In this document: positions 1-10,781 of the stretch, piece by piece
Position numbering within the stretch: the stretch's first letter is position 1
Layout: each line of letters begins with the position of its first letter
NCBI GenBank assembly: GCA_963924875.1
Contig: CAWUSX010000016.1
Span: 6,663 to 70,662 of the forward strand
Direction: 5' to 3'
DNA length: 64,000 nucleotides
From: an uncultured Gammaproteobacteria bacterium
GTDB lineage: Bacteria > Pseudomonadota > Gammaproteobacteria > SZUA-229
The notes under the pieces: model-generated
The model's input: only the letters and a program-made list of their open reading frames with translations
The model's database searches: none
What the model was told of the DNA's origin: nothing
Translations under genes and position numbers: made by a program

Positions 1-959
1 ATGTGGAGAGCCTGGAAGAATTAAAGCATGACTATCCAGAATTAAGCTGGAGTACACAAGCCGACATGGAAAGTGAGCAGCTTTTATATCTGGTTGAAAA
101 CCAGCTCATCGATTATACCGTAGCCGACTCAAACGAAGTACAGCTTAACCAACGCTTTTTATTAGACCTACGCGTCGCATTTAATATATCGGAACCCAAA
201 CAACTCGCCTGGGCATTTCCAAAAACTAAAGATTTAAGCTTATATGATAAAGCCATGAGTTTTTTTTGGCGAAATTTAAACAACGGTGAAATAACTCACT
301 TGACCGAAAACCATTACGGTCACGTGGATAAATTTGATTACGTAGGTAACCGTATTTATGTACGTCACATTTCAACCAGGCTAACAAAATATATTGCCTG
401 GTATAAGGAAGCTGCTGAAAAATATAATTTAGACTGGAAGCTTTTAGCAGCAATGGGATACCAGGAATCACACTGGAATCCACTCGCCGTTTCACCCACC
501 GGGGTGCGAGGAATTATGATGCTAACTCAGCAAACAGCTGGACAGCTTGGCATCAAAAATAGACTCGATCCGAAAAGCAGTATATTTGGTGGTGCAAAAT
601 ATTTAGACAAAATAAGAAAACGCTTCCCTGAAGAAATACAGGAACCTGACAGAACATGGTTAGCCATGGCATCCTATAATATTGGCTATTACCATGTGAT
701 TGATGCTCAAAAAATTGCCAGGCAGCAAGGTAAAGACGCAAATAAATGGGTTGATATGCAGGATATTCTGCCATTATTAGCACGTAAGAAATGGTATAAA
801 AAAACTAGCCGTGGTTACGCTCGTGGCTGGGAACCGGTGAAGTATGTAACCAATATTCGTCGTTATTATGATTTACTTGAGTATCAACTTGATCTTACTG
901 AAACAGATGAAGTAGAAGTTGAGCATGACGCTATTTCTATATTGCCATCAGTACTGTAA
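1..959 (+). CDS. mltF: Membrane-bound lytic murein transglycosylase F, C-terminal part (5' end outside window)
   Basis: The ORF is open to the window edge (frame of 3..959). It has a lysozyme-like SLT catalytic region (YQESHWNPLAVSPTGVRGIMMLT, ASYNIGYYHV). The overall order matches the C-terminal half of E. coli MltF. Confidence 0.85.
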   Translation, partial: VESLEELKHDYPELSWSTQADMESEQLLYLVENQLIDYTVADSNEVQLNQRFLLDLRVAFNISEPKQLAWAFPKTKDLSLYDKAMSFFWRNLNNGEITHLTENHYGHVDKFDYVGNRIYVRHISTRLTKYIAWYKEAAEKYNLDWKLLAAMGYQESHWNPLAVSPTGVRGIMMLTQQTAGQLGIKNRLDPKSSIFGGAKYLDKIRKRFPEEIQEPDRTWLAMASYNIGYYHVIDAQKIARQQGKDANKWVDMQDILPLLARKKWYKKTSRGYARGWEPVKYVTNIRRYYDLLEYQLDLTETDEVEVEHDAISILPSVL

Positions 960-968
960 CTATCAAAT

Positions 969-1008
969 AAAACCATCAATTATGATCCCCCAGGTGATGG
1001 TTTTATTT
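969..1008 (+). terminator. Putative intrinsic terminator after mltF
   Basis: Inverted repeat aaaaccatca / tgatggtttt (969-978 / 995-1004) followed by a T-run. The loop is fairly large (16 nt). Confidence 0.45.
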
Positions 1009-1055
1009 AATTATTTATTAGACAAGTCTCAAACAAAAGCTCAATCACACTCGCC

Positions 1056-2963
1056 TTATACCTTAAATTGATTAACCAGTTGTTGAAGCTGAACAGCCAG
1101 ACTGGCTAGCTCTTCACTTGCTAATGATGTTTGGCTCGCGCCATCAGCTGTTCTGTCTACTATATCGCTGATGTTTAATATGTTCTTATTGATCTCTTCC
1201 GCTACTACGCTTTGCTGCTCTGCTGCTGTAGCAATTTGAGTATTCATATCATTAATTAATGAAACTGAATCAGTAATCGTTTCAAGCGAGCTAACAGCTG
1301 TTGCTGCCTGCTTTACACTGTCTTCTGCCTTGCCTCTGCTATCATCCATTACCTTCACAGCTGAGCGTGCACCAATTTGTAGTTTCTCTATCATTTCCTG
1401 AATTTCCTGCGTGGATTGCTGAGTCCTGCTCGCCAGGGTACGAACTTCATCGGCAACAACCGCAAAGCCACGTCCATGTTCTCCTGCACGTGCCGCCTCT
1501 ATTGCCGCATTCAATGCGAGCAAGTTTGTTTGCTCAGCAATACTCTTAATTACGTCGAGTACAGTGCCGATATTTTCACTATCTTTATCTAATTGACCAA
1601 TGACACTGGCCGCTGTATTAATTTCAGAAGACAGGTTTTCAATAGCACTCATGGTGCTAATAACCACCCGTTTACCTTCAGCTGAAGCGGTATCAGCATT
1701 GCTCGCTGCTGATGCTGCTTCTGTGGCATTTCGAGCCACTTCCTGAACGGTGGCTGTCATCTCATTCATAGCGGCTACAACCTGGCTCGTTTCAGATTGC
1801 TGCTGCTGCGTATCGCGGTTAGTCTCTGTCATAATAACCGACATCTCTTCAGCTGCAGATGCCAACTGAGTTGTCGAGCCATTAACCTGGCTTACCATAG
1901 CCCGTACTTTTTCAGCAAAGCTGTTGAAGGCCCTGGATAATCGGCTAATTTCATTATCGCCAGTTGCATCCAGGCGACGCGTAAGATCACCACCGCCCTC
2001 TGCGATTTCATTCATTGCCTCAACTGCCTGACTTAAAGGCCCACCAATTATACGTGCGACAAAACCCGCTATCATTAGCCCGATAATTAAAGCGCCAATA
2101 CCTATAACTATTGCCGTATTTCGCGCATCATTGATCGCACTAACATAATGGCTACGGTCCATACCAATTTCTAACACACCCACAGCATTGCCATTAAAAT
2201 CATCTATTACGTTCGCATACACAGCTAAAGACTGATCATGATATGTGCGTTCAACTGCAAGCGGCTTATTCAACGCGGATGATAATTCTTTAGTGTTTAA
2301 TATTGGCTCGCCAGTTAAAGTAGAGCCAAACTTTTTAAATTTTCCATCCGTAAATGTATATAAAGAAATTTCTACATTATATTTTTCTTTAAAATTTTCA
2401 AAAAAGGGCTGACCAAAGGACATGCCAAACTCAACCGAACCAATATGCTTACCTGCAGAAAAAACGGGAGATATACCGCGTATCCCTAAGCCAGCTACCC
2501 CCTTCTCTAGTCCGACAACGTTTTGTTTTAATTTATTGGTTGCAACGACTGTTTTACGGAATGAAGATAAATCATCGCCAAATTTTGCGGGCTTATGCAA
2601 GCGTAAAAAAGAGGTCGCTGGAGGAGTATGGTATTGAAACTGGCGTGCATTAAAGTCTCTTTTCATTACTTCAAAGACCGGCACTAGCGCCTCGGCTAAT
2701 TGCTCACGCTCTCCGTTGGCAAACATTGTGCTAAAACTATCAATGTTAGCTATCATCGAAGCCAGGGCATTTGCTAAATGTCCTTCTGACTCTATCTCTA
2801 CTTTGGCACTCTCAAATAGCTTCTTTAACTCCCTGTTCTCTGCCTCATCGACCACTGAAGTAACAGTACTGATCACAAGGGGAATATTGACTAATGTAAC
2901 TAACAACAAAACGACTGTAAAACTGATTGCTAGAAGCGTTCTTATATTGAATTTTTTTAGCAT
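1056..2963 (-). CDS. Methyl-accepting chemotaxis protein with periplasmic Cache-like sensor, HAMP and MA signalling domains
   Basis: 635 aa. It has an N-terminal TM segment, a periplasmic domain and a second TM ([20 protein letters not shown]). The signalling hairpin is highly conserved ([37 protein letters not shown]). Confidence 0.9.
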   Translation of the reverse strand: MLKKFNIRTLLAISFTVVLLLVTLVNIPLVISTVTSVVDEAENRELKKLFESAKVEIESEGHLANALASMIANIDSFSTMFANGEREQLAEALVPVFEVMKRDFNARQFQYHTPPATSFLRLHKPAKFGDDLSSFRKTVVATNKLKQNVVGLEKGVAGLGIRGISPVFSAGKHIGSVEFGMSFGQPFFENFKEKYNVEISLYTFTDGKFKKFGSTLTGEPILNTKELSSALNKPLAVERTYHDQSLAVYANVIDDFNGNAVGVLEIGMDRSHYVSAINDARNTAIVIGIGALIIGLMIAGFVARIIGGPLSQAVEAMNEIAEGGGDLTRRLDATGDNEISRLSRAFNSFAEKVRAMVSQVNGSTTQLASAAEEMSVIMTETNRDTQQQQSETSQVVAAMNEMTATVQEVARNATEAASAASNADTASAEGKRVVISTMSAIENLSSEINTAASVIGQLDKDSENIGTVLDVIKSIAEQTNLLALNAAIEAARAGEHGRGFAVVADEVRTLASRTQQSTQEIQEMIEKLQIGARSAVKVMDDSRGKAEDSVKQAATAVSSLETITDSVSLINDMNTQIATAAEQQSVVAEEINKNILNISDIVDRTADGASQTSLASEELASLAVQLQQLVNQFKV

Positions 2964-3277
2964 AGAGAGAATCCCATTTTTTGATTTTGAATAACTAGCC
3001 CACTCACAACACGTTCACGTATAGACCAGGTATATTCTTATTTGACTAGTATAGAGCCCCAGCACATTTATGCCTCATAAATTTCACACAAACTATATCG
3101 GCTAATATCATCATTACTTAAGGATAAACATGCTTCTATAAAAAATGACAAAATAGCCCAATCTGTAGCAAAACCCTTTCGGCAATATAGATCTGTCATT
3201 TAAGCAGATAAACTGGCTTGCAAAAGTCTCTGCATCAAATCGGACAATTTCCCTTTAAATACACCACTAAATCATTA

Positions 3278-4465
3278 TTACAAACGTCTGTTCAATAAAT
3301 CCCGTATCTCATCATCGCTCATTACAATCGGGTTTGTCTGCATACTACTGCCCCGGCTATTGGCTACTACATCATCCAGACCCACCTCTGTTAAGCCAAA
3401 CTTACTTAACATCGGCAGCTGCATAATTTCTGTCCAATCCTGTAATAATTCGCATAATGCCTTACGTGAGCCATCTTTATTGGCGTGTTCTTTCTGTGAA
3501 ACAATATCACCCAATATGGCATATTTATGTAATGCCGGATTAGTGGGTTCTCTATCTGACATTAACTGTATATTCATTGCTGTGGCTTCTGCAACCAACG
3601 TGCCACAGACCACACCATGCGGAATAGGATAAAATGCCCCTAAGGGCGAAGCCAAACCATGCACCGAACCTAAACCCGTTTGCGCCAGACAGATACCAGA
3701 CATTAAAGAGGCATAGGCCATTTTATCTTGCGCATGAATGTTCCCAACGTCTTCATATAAAGCCAACAAAGCATCTCGAATTGCAGTCAACCCACTTAAA
3801 GCAAGCGCATCTGTCATTACATTTGAATTAGTTGAAACGTAGGCCTCAATTAATTGCGTAAGCGCATCCATACCATTCGCTGCAACAACAGATTGCGGGC
3901 ATGTGCCCAGTAAAGCTGGGTCAATTACTGCGTACTCTGCAACCAGTTTGTCATCTCTAAATGATTTTTTAAAGCCATCCATTCCTTGCACACTCAATAC
4001 GGCATTTTTAGTCGCTTCCGAACCCGTACCTGCCGTTGTAGGCACAGCAATAAATGGCACAGACGGACCGGTGTAAGGCAGCTCAGGACCAACGCCTTCC
4101 AGATAATCCATAACGGAGGATTCAACTTTTAATAGCCCTGCAATGGCTTTTGCGGCATCTAACGCACTGCCACCACCAATACCTAACACGACATCTATTC
4201 GCTGATTTTTATATTGCTGAACAATATCATCAACCATCTGAGGCGAAGGCTCGCCTGGTACAGAACACTTTAAGATATTAATACCGGCTGCTGAAAAAGC
4301 GGCTATTAAATGCGCATAAGACTCACTAGATTCAAATGACTTAGCGCCGGTAACCAGCAATATCTGTTGCCCATACTGCAAACATAAGTCAGGTAATTGT
4401 TTTATTGAACCACGGGAAAAAATAATTCTCGGCAAGCGAGCTATTGAAAAATTAAATAAATTCAT
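3278..4465 (-). CDS. Iron-containing (group III) alcohol dehydrogenase family protein
   Basis: GGGSALDAAK nucleotide-binding motif and metal-binding His residues (GLGSVHGLASPLG, HGVVCG). The start was moved to the ATG at 4465 (MNLFNF...), which gives a typical N-terminus. The longer track ORF adds 11 aa. Confidence 0.85.
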   Translation of the reverse strand: MNLFNFSIARLPRIIFSRGSIKQLPDLCLQYGQQILLVTGAKSFESSESYAHLIAAFSAAGINILKCSVPGEPSPQMVDDIVQQYKNQRIDVVLGIGGGSALDAAKAIAGLLKVESSVMDYLEGVGPELPYTGPSVPFIAVPTTAGTGSEATKNAVLSVQGMDGFKKSFRDDKLVAEYAVIDPALLGTCPQSVVAANGMDALTQLIEAYVSTNSNVMTDALALSGLTAIRDALLALYEDVGNIHAQDKMAYASLMSGICLAQTGLGSVHGLASPLGAFYPIPHGVVCGTLVAEATAMNIQLMSDREPTNPALHKYAILGDIVSQKEHANKDGSRKALCELLQDWTEIMQLPMLSKFGLTEVGLDDVVANSRGSSMQTNPIVMSDDEIRDLLNRRL

Positions 4466-4631
4466 GAAGATATATTTTAGTGATTGTTTAATTATCACAT
4501 CATACGCTATTCATACCTGAGATTACATTATTCAACAACGCTATATAATCATATGTCCTTTAATCAGCTATATTTTTTTGCTGATAATTCGCATACTATT
4601 GCACCACTACCAACACACAATATTTTTAATT

Positions 4632-5174
4632 ATGCCTATTTCAAAATTAATATTTTTCCCAAAAGATCCACTCCAATCTTTTGCTAAGGATAAAATATTT
4701 AAAATACTTTCCAACCTGCTATTCATTGAAACAATAGCGCATAGTGAAAATCATTATTTACCCGGTGATAATTTTTTAAGTTTACTGACATTTCTTGGCT
4801 GCTCACCCAACATCAACTTAATACCAACACCTGATCAAGCCCACTGTTTTATATCGTTAATTACACCAACAATAGAAGTGCAATGCCTTGGCTACACCAA
4901 TACATGTAAGCCAAAATGCCCAAAATGCACTAAGCGTATAGCTAACTGGAAAACACACAACTGGCCACAAGCAAGCGAGATATGCCAGTGTGACAAATGC
5001 GGCGCACAAGCTACTTATGCTGAACTTAACTGGAAACAGGAATGTGGATTTGCTCGCTGCGGCTTTGAAATCGCACATATTTATCCACATGAAGCTGTAC
5101 CAACTGATCAGCTATTAGACGCCCTACAGGAAAACACAGGCATTGAATGGCGGTACTGTTACGCAAATAATTAA
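4632..5174 (+). CDS. Hypothetical Cys-rich (zinc-ribbon-like) protein
   Basis: The ATG at 4632 (MPISKL...) is preferred over the track start at 4578. It has a CxxC...CxxC cluster (CKPKCPKCTKR...CQCDKCG). I do not recognise the family. Confidence 0.5.
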   Translation: MPISKLIFFPKDPLQSFAKDKIFKILSNLLFIETIAHSENHYLPGDNFLSLLTFLGCSPNINLIPTPDQAHCFISLITPTIEVQCLGYTNTCKPKCPKCTKRIANWKTHNWPQASEICQCDKCGAQATYAELNWKQECGFARCGFEIAHIYPHEAVPTDQLLDALQENTGIEWRYCYANN

Positions 5175-6748
5175 AGCAAATGTTCTATGGGTAACAAACT
5201 AAAAAAAACGACTTTTAATTTACGCAATACACCCACTTCCGGTTCAGAGGTATATTGTTTTAGCTCTCCATTTTCTTCGCTCTGCCATACTATTTGAGAT
5301 TTATTTGATTTTTTGTTTTTATCAAGCATTAAACGATAGCTGTTTTTACCCGAGGAAATATCAGATAGTAAATTTAAAAACTGGTCAGACAGCTCTTTAT
5401 TATCAATAAACAAACCTATCTCTGTATTCAAATCCGTTGAGCGAGGATCTAAGTTTGGAGATCCCATAAACAGTTTACTCTGATCTATTATCAGTGTTTT
5501 TGCATGCAAACTTGCCCGGCTATCGGCACGTAAAATTTTAAAGCGCTTTCGTTCTTTCACATAGGCGGTCGCCTTAAGTTCGAATAAGTTTACACCCGCT
5601 TCGAGCAATCCCCGCCGATATATTTTATAGCCGGCATGTACGGCGGTTACATCAGTCGCAGCTAAAGAGTTAGTAAATACATTTACTTTAATACCCTGTT
5701 CTACTAAAGACTCAAACCATTTAACGGAATCATCACCCGGTACAAAATAAGGTGAAATAATCGTTATCTCTTCTTTAGCCATAGCTAAAATATTATGCAA
5801 TCTGTTTCTTAACTGACTGACATTTTTACTTGTACTTTGAACCACACCCGGATCAATTTTATCTGGAATATCATAAAATAAGGTTGCCGCAGACCAGATA
5901 AAAGGTAATTTTGGCAGAGACATGCCTGTTTTTAATTTATAAATTTCAGTCGTCTTAACGTAATCAAGTTTCTTTATTTCATCTTGATACTTTTTTAAAA
6001 TTGATTTTATTTTATTTGACGCATATATTCGCTTAGGCCGTTCATATAAAATAGCCACCGGAACCGACCAACGACTATTCCAGTATTCATCAAAGCTCAT
6101 TGAAATATTTTTTACAACAGTGCCTAGCGTTAATAAATCAACATCAAGAAACGATAAATCAGGATCGGCAGAAAAATACACATCACTAATATTTCGCCCG
6201 CCGACAATGGCTAATGCATTATCCGCAATCATCACTTTATTATGCATGCGCCGGCCCACACGTGATAAATCAACAATAAACTCTAAATAACGTAATAAAC
6301 CACGAAAATAAAACGGGTTGAAAATACGTATTTCAATGGACGGATAGGCATTTAAAATACGTATGGCTTCATCCGCACCCAGCGTATCAATATCATCTAT
6401 CAATACTCTAACTCGCACACCACGATCAGCGGCCTGTATTAAAGCCTTAGCAATTAGCTTGCCGCTGGCATCTCCATGAAAAGAGTAATATTGCAGATCC
6501 AGCGTCTGCTGTGCCTGATTGATTAAATTGCAGCGAGCCGTAAAAGCATCAATATTATTTTCTAATAAGTAAAACCCGGATTGTTCGGGATGAGCCTCGA
6601 GCAAATCTTTGATGGTTTGATCTGTAGTTGAAAAATCTAAGGCATAACTTTCTGGTTTGTAGCGTATTTTATCGACACGATGCATCGATAAAAATGTAAA
6701 AAGTTTTAAAAATAATTCAATAACACTTTGCGCTATCAGTTTTATCAT
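5171..6748 (-). CDS. Phospholipase D / cardiolipin-synthase-like family protein (two HKD motifs)
   Basis: Two HxKxxxxD motifs ([22 protein letters not shown]). Its start overlaps the uvrB stop by 4 nt, which suggests co-transcription. Confidence 0.85.
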   Translation of the reverse strand: MIKLIAQSVIELFLKLFTFLSMHRVDKIRYKPESYALDFSTTDQTIKDLLEAHPEQSGFYLLENNIDAFTARCNLINQAQQTLDLQYYSFHGDASGKLIAKALIQAADRGVRVRVLIDDIDTLGADEAIRILNAYPSIEIRIFNPFYFRGLLRYLEFIVDLSRVGRRMHNKVMIADNALAIVGGRNISDVYFSADPDLSFLDVDLLTLGTVVKNISMSFDEYWNSRWSVPVAILYERPKRIYASNKIKSILKKYQDEIKKLDYVKTTEIYKLKTGMSLPKLPFIWSAATLFYDIPDKIDPGVVQSTSKNVSQLRNRLHNILAMAKEEITIISPYFVPGDDSVKWFESLVEQGIKVNVFTNSLAATDVTAVHAGYKIYRRGLLEAGVNLFELKATAYVKERKRFKILRADSRASLHAKTLIIDQSKLFMGSPNLDPRSTDLNTEIGLFIDNKELSDQFLNLLSDISSGKNSYRLMLDKNKKSNKSQIVWQSEENGELKQYTSEPEVGVLRKLKVVFFSLLPIEHLL

Positions 6749-8745
6749 ATTTCAAGCGATAGTTTTTTCAATTGTTCTATTTTGTCTCTTAGCGCAGAGG
6801 CCTCTTCAAATTCCAGGTTTTGTGCATGTTTAAACATTTGTTTTTCCAGTTTATCCATTTGCTTACTGAGCTCTTTCACTGACATATGCGCATATTCTGC
6901 CTGCGCTTCCGCGACCCTTAAGGCCTCTTGTTGATAACGTTGCTCGTAACCGACACCCATAATATCGTGTATGGCTTTTTGAATACCTGTAGGGGTTATG
7001 CCATGTTCTTTATTGTATGCTAACTGCACTATACGTCGCCGATTGGTTTCATCTAAAGCGCGCTGCATAGAGCCGGTAATTTTATCTGCATACAAAATTG
7101 CATGGCCATTCAAATTACGCGCTGCACGACCAATGGTTTGTATTAATGAACGATCAGAACGTAAGAAACCTTCCTTATCGGCATCGAGTATCGCCACCAG
7201 AGAAACCTCGGGGATATCCAGGCCTTCACGCAATAAGTTGATACCGACCAATACATCAAATTCACCCAGACGTAAATCACGTAAAATTTCCATGCGCTCT
7301 ACGGTATCAATATCAGAATGCAAATACCGAACCTTCACACCATGCTCAGTTAAATAATCCGTCAGATCTTCCGACATACGCTTTGTTAGAGTGGTAATCA
7401 ATACGCGTTCATTTTTTGCTGCACGAATATTAATTTCCGACAACACATCATCTACCTGCGATCCTACCGGACGTATTTCTACTTCGGGATCAATTAGGCC
7501 AGTGGGTCGAACCACCTGCTCTGCGGTTTGTTGTGAATGATCTGCTTCATACTGCCCGGGTGTTGCCGACACATAAATGGTTTGTGGACGGAGTTTTTCA
7601 AACTCATCAAAGCGCAATGGCCGATTATCTAATGCCGAAGGCAACCTGAAGCCGTAATTCACCAAATTTTCTTTGCGTGAACGATCACCTTTATACATGC
7701 CACCTAACTGCGGTATGGTTACATGGCTTTCATCAACGATTAATAAGGAATTGTCTTTTAGATAATCATATAAACACGGTGGTGGATCACCGGGCTCACG
7801 CCCGGATAAATAACGTGAGTAATTTTCAATGCCGTTGCAATAACCTAACTCACGCATCATTTCCAGATCATACATCGTCCGCTCTTCCAGACGCTGCGCT
7901 TCAACCAGTTTATTATTGTCGCGCAGAAATCCCAGACGCTCTTTGAGTTCTTCCTTAATTTTATCGATGGCCTCAATAATGACATGCCGCGGTGTGACAT
8001 AATGCGATTTAGGATAAATAGTCAGGCGTGTCACTTTGCGCAACACCTCGCCTGTCAGCGGATCGAAAAAACTTAACTTTTCTACCTCATCATCGAACAG
8101 CTCAATACGCACCGCTTCATAATCTGATTCAGCGGGATGCACATCAATCACCTCACCGCGTACTCGATAACAACCACGCCCCAGCTCTACATCATTACGC
8201 ACATATTGCATGCCAGACAAACGATGCAATATATCGCGCTGCTTAATCATGTCGCCTTTCACCAAATGCAACATCATCTTTAAATAGGATTCGGGGTCAC
8301 CTAATCCATAAATAGACGACACCGTGGCGACAACGATGGTGTCTTCCCTTTCCAGCAGCGCCTTAGTAGCCGATAGTCGCATTTGCTCTATGTGTTCATT
8401 GACCGATGCATCTTTATCGATAAACGTATCACTGGAGACTACATAGGCCTCTGGCTGGTAGTAATCATAGTAAGACACAAAGTATTCTACCGAGTTATTC
8501 GGAAACAGCTCTTTCATCTCACCGTATAATTGCGCCGCCAATGTTTTATTTGGCGCAAGAATCATCGCCGGGCGTTGCGTTTGTTGAATCACGTTCGCAA
8601 TGGTGAAGGTTTTGCCCGAACCGGTTACCCCTAAAAGGGTTTGATCGAGCAAACCATCATTCAAACCATCGATTAAGCACTTAATCGCCGTTGGCTGATC
8701 ACCCGCCGGTGTTTTATCTGTATTAATTTCAAATTGTTTCGACAT
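6745..8745 (-). CDS. uvrB: Excinuclease ABC subunit B
   Basis: 666 aa. Walker A (GVTGSGKT), helicase motifs, and the C-terminal UVR domain ([15 protein letters not shown]). It appears colinear with E. coli UvrB. Confidence 0.97.
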   Translation of the reverse strand: MSKQFEINTDKTPAGDQPTAIKCLIDGLNDGLLDQTLLGVTGSGKTFTIANVIQQTQRPAMILAPNKTLAAQLYGEMKELFPNNSVEYFVSYYDYYQPEAYVVSSDTFIDKDASVNEHIEQMRLSATKALLEREDTIVVATVSSIYGLGDPESYLKMMLHLVKGDMIKQRDILHRLSGMQYVRNDVELGRGCYRVRGEVIDVHPAESDYEAVRIELFDDEVEKLSFFDPLTGEVLRKVTRLTIYPKSHYVTPRHVIIEAIDKIKEELKERLGFLRDNNKLVEAQRLEERTMYDLEMMRELGYCNGIENYSRYLSGREPGDPPPCLYDYLKDNSLLIVDESHVTIPQLGGMYKGDRSRKENLVNYGFRLPSALDNRPLRFDEFEKLRPQTIYVSATPGQYEADHSQQTAEQVVRPTGLIDPEVEIRPVGSQVDDVLSEINIRAAKNERVLITTLTKRMSEDLTDYLTEHGVKVRYLHSDIDTVERMEILRDLRLGEFDVLVGINLLREGLDIPEVSLVAILDADKEGFLRSDRSLIQTIGRAARNLNGHAILYADKITGSMQRALDETNRRRIVQLAYNKEHGITPTGIQKAIHDIMGVGYEQRYQQEALRVAEAQAEYAHMSVKELSKQMDKLEKQMFKHAQNLEFEEASALRDKIEQLKKLSLEI

Positions 8746-8883
8746 TACATAAAATCAGAAAAAGTTTTGTTAACCACCACATTAGAACAGGACAAGAGCA
8801 AGTATTTTTGATTATACTCACACCTCGAACCTCTCACGTGAGAGCGAACGTATTCAAAAGAATAAACCGACAGGAATACTGAC

Positions 8884-10077
8884 TTGGGCACACAAGCATC
8901 CAACCGAATTCAAAAAGTAAAACCCTCACCCACTTTGGCCGTGACTGCACTGGCCCAACAACTGAGAGCCAAGGGTCGTGACGTCATTGGCCTGGCCGCA
9001 GGCGAACCAGATTTCACTACGCCTGACCACGTAAAGCAAGCCGCGATTGATGCTATTAACAACAATCAAACCAAATACACTGCGGTTGATGGTATGCCGA
9101 GTCTTAAGCAGGCCATTATAAACAAGTTTGCGAAAGATAACGGACTTAACTACACAGCCGAGCAGATATTGGTCTCTTGTGGTGGCAAACAAAGCTTCTT
9201 TAATATGGCACAGGCGCTTTTAAACCCTGGCGATGAAGTCATTATTCCCGCACCTTACTGGGTATCTTACCCCGACATGGTGTTACTGGCCGATGCCGAA
9301 CCGGTTATTGTGCATGGCGATCAGTCTCAGGACTTTAAAATTACACCTCGGCAATTAAAGGCGGCGATTACCGATAAAACCCGCTTATTTGTGATTAACA
9401 GCCCATCCAACCCCTCTGGCAAGTCATACAGCAAAGCGGAACTTAAAGCCCTTGCGGATGTACTGCTCGACTACCCAAAGGTGCTCATTGCCACGGATGA
9501 CATGTATGAAAAAATTCTCTGGACGGAAGAAGCCTTCTGCAACATTGTTAACGCCTGCCCCGAGCTATATGATCGCACCATCGTGTTAAATGGCGTGTCT
9601 AAGGCCTACGCAATGACGGGCTGGCGCATTGGTTACGCCGCAGGCCCGGCAGATCTCATTAAAAACATGAAAAAGGTTCAGTCACAAAGCACATCTAATG
9701 CAACATCCATTTCACAAGTTGCTGCACAGGCCGCTTTAGAGGGTGACCAATCTCGCCTTGCGGAAATGAACAGCGCATTTAAAGAGCGCCACGACTTTGT
9801 ACTCGCCGAACTCAACACCATTGATGGCATCGACTGCATTGCCAGTGACGGTACGTTTTACATCTTCCCCGACTTCACTCGGATAATGAAAAAACTCGGC
9901 ATTGCAGATGATGTAACCCTCGCCTCAAGAATTCTTGAAGAAGCAGAAGTCGCACTGGTCCCCGGTTCTGCATTTGGTAGCCCGGGACACATGCGCATCT
10001 CTTTTGCGACCGATATGGGGAGTTTGCAGAAAGCCCTTGAAAGAATTAAGAATTTTGTTAGCAAAAATGAAAATTAG
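8884..10077 (+). CDS. Class I pyridoxal-phosphate aminotransferase (aspartate/aromatic type)
   Basis: 397 aa. Motifs NPSNPSG and SKAYAMTGWRIGY (PLP lysine), with RISFA near the C-terminus. The TTG start taken from the track is uncertain. Confidence 0.88.
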   Translation: MGTQASNRIQKVKPSPTLAVTALAQQLRAKGRDVIGLAAGEPDFTTPDHVKQAAIDAINNNQTKYTAVDGMPSLKQAIINKFAKDNGLNYTAEQILVSCGGKQSFFNMAQALLNPGDEVIIPAPYWVSYPDMVLLADAEPVIVHGDQSQDFKITPRQLKAAITDKTRLFVINSPSNPSGKSYSKAELKALADVLLDYPKVLIATDDMYEKILWTEEAFCNIVNACPELYDRTIVLNGVSKAYAMTGWRIGYAAGPADLIKNMKKVQSQSTSNATSISQVAAQAALEGDQSRLAEMNSAFKERHDFVLAELNTIDGIDCIASDGTFYIFPDFTRIMKKLGIADDVTLASRILEEAEVALVPGSAFGSPGHMRISFATDMGSLQKALERIKNFVSKNEN

Positions 10078-10079
10078 TG

Positions 10080-10108
10080 TTGACCGACAAGAGGCGAATC
10101 AGTAGTAT
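10080..10108 (+). promoter_or_regulatory. Putative sigma70 promoter of tRNA-Asn
   Basis: TTGACC (10080-10085), a 17-nt spacer, then TAGTAT (10103-10108). A GC-rich discriminator (gcggccc) follows, about 37 nt upstream of the tRNA. Confidence 0.5.
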
Positions 10109-10144
10109 AGCGGCCCTTGAAACGCTAACGTTTTAAGACACTAT

Positions 10145-10220
10145 TCCCTGATAGCTCAGTTGGTAGAGCAACGGACTGTTAATCCGTTTGTCGTTGGTTC
10201 GAGTCCAACTCGGGGAGCCA
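10145..10220 (+). tRNA. tRNA-Asn (GTT)
   Basis: Manual cloverleaf: acceptor TCCCTGA/TCGGGGA, anticodon loop CTGTTAA, T-arm GGTTCGAGTCC, encoded CCA. Confidence 0.93.
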
Positions 10221-10230
10221 TATACGAAAG

Positions 10231-10258
10231 GCCTTGCAGGGATGCAGGGCTTTTTTTT
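10231..10258 (+). terminator. Intrinsic terminator after tRNA-Asn
   Basis: A 7-bp stem (gccttgc / gcagggc, one G-U pair) with a 6-nt loop, followed by T8. Confidence 0.7.
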
Positions 10259-10362
10259 GCCTGCTAAAAACACCCAAATGACACACTAATAAGCAACAGA
10301 TCACAAGCTAGTACAGCCTACGAATTTCAAGCATAACGGTCATACTCAGCCGTTATTTATAG

Positions 10363-10770
10363 CTAACTCATAATCCGCGGCCAACGGTCATGTACAGCAT
10401 CTTCCATCACCGGCGTAATGGTAACCACATAAATGCGTTGCTCCTCGCCACTACGTGCAAGCAAGCCTTGTATCCATTGCCCTCGCGGCAACTCGAACCA
10501 ATGGCTATTCGACTCCATGTCTTTTTCCATAAACTGATCGACAATAATTTTTACCGGCCTGGGAAACCATTTATCCCACACACCCTGTTTAATTGAATCA
10601 TGCCGCGCCCAACCGCCCATAGGTAATTTTCCAGTTTGCTGTTTACGTCGCCCCCAGGGTAAATATTCAATGGCTCCATTTTTTAGGCGTACCGGCAGGT
10701 GTGCTTTCGGGTTAGGAAAATAAACGCGCTTTTGTTCGCCCTGATAAATATATTCAACACCACCACACAT
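10363..10770 (-). CDS. Miniature SRAP-like (SOS response-associated peptidase / YedK-HMCES family) protein
   Basis: With the ATG at 10770 the product starts MCGG..., the N-terminal Met-Cys that is obligatory in SRAP proteins. The C-terminal motif is VHDRWPRIM (compare HDRMPVIL). Internal WGRR, GGWARHDSI and IIVDQFME resemble SRAP blocks. It is only 135 aa versus about 200-230 aa for typical members. The track ORF (10815, GTG) adds 15 aa. Confidence 0.6.
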   Translation of the reverse strand: MCGGVEYIYQGEQKRVYFPNPKAHLPVRLKNGAIEYLPWGRRKQQTGKLPMGGWARHDSIKQGVWDKWFPRPVKIIVDQFMEKDMESNSHWFELPRGQWIQGLLARSGEEQRIYVVTITPVMEDAVHDRWPRIMS

Positions 10771-10781
10771 AACATAACCAC

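Noticed and set aside
1301-2994. Plus-strand ORFs 1301..1549, 2422..2637 and 2716..2994 opposite the MCP gene. Similar antisense ORFs occur inside uvrB, ppsA, the kef-like gene, the RND gene, the histidine kinase and others.
   Set aside because: All are embedded antisense in long, motif-rich genes. They have low-complexity or skewed composition, with no start or RBS context worth noting.
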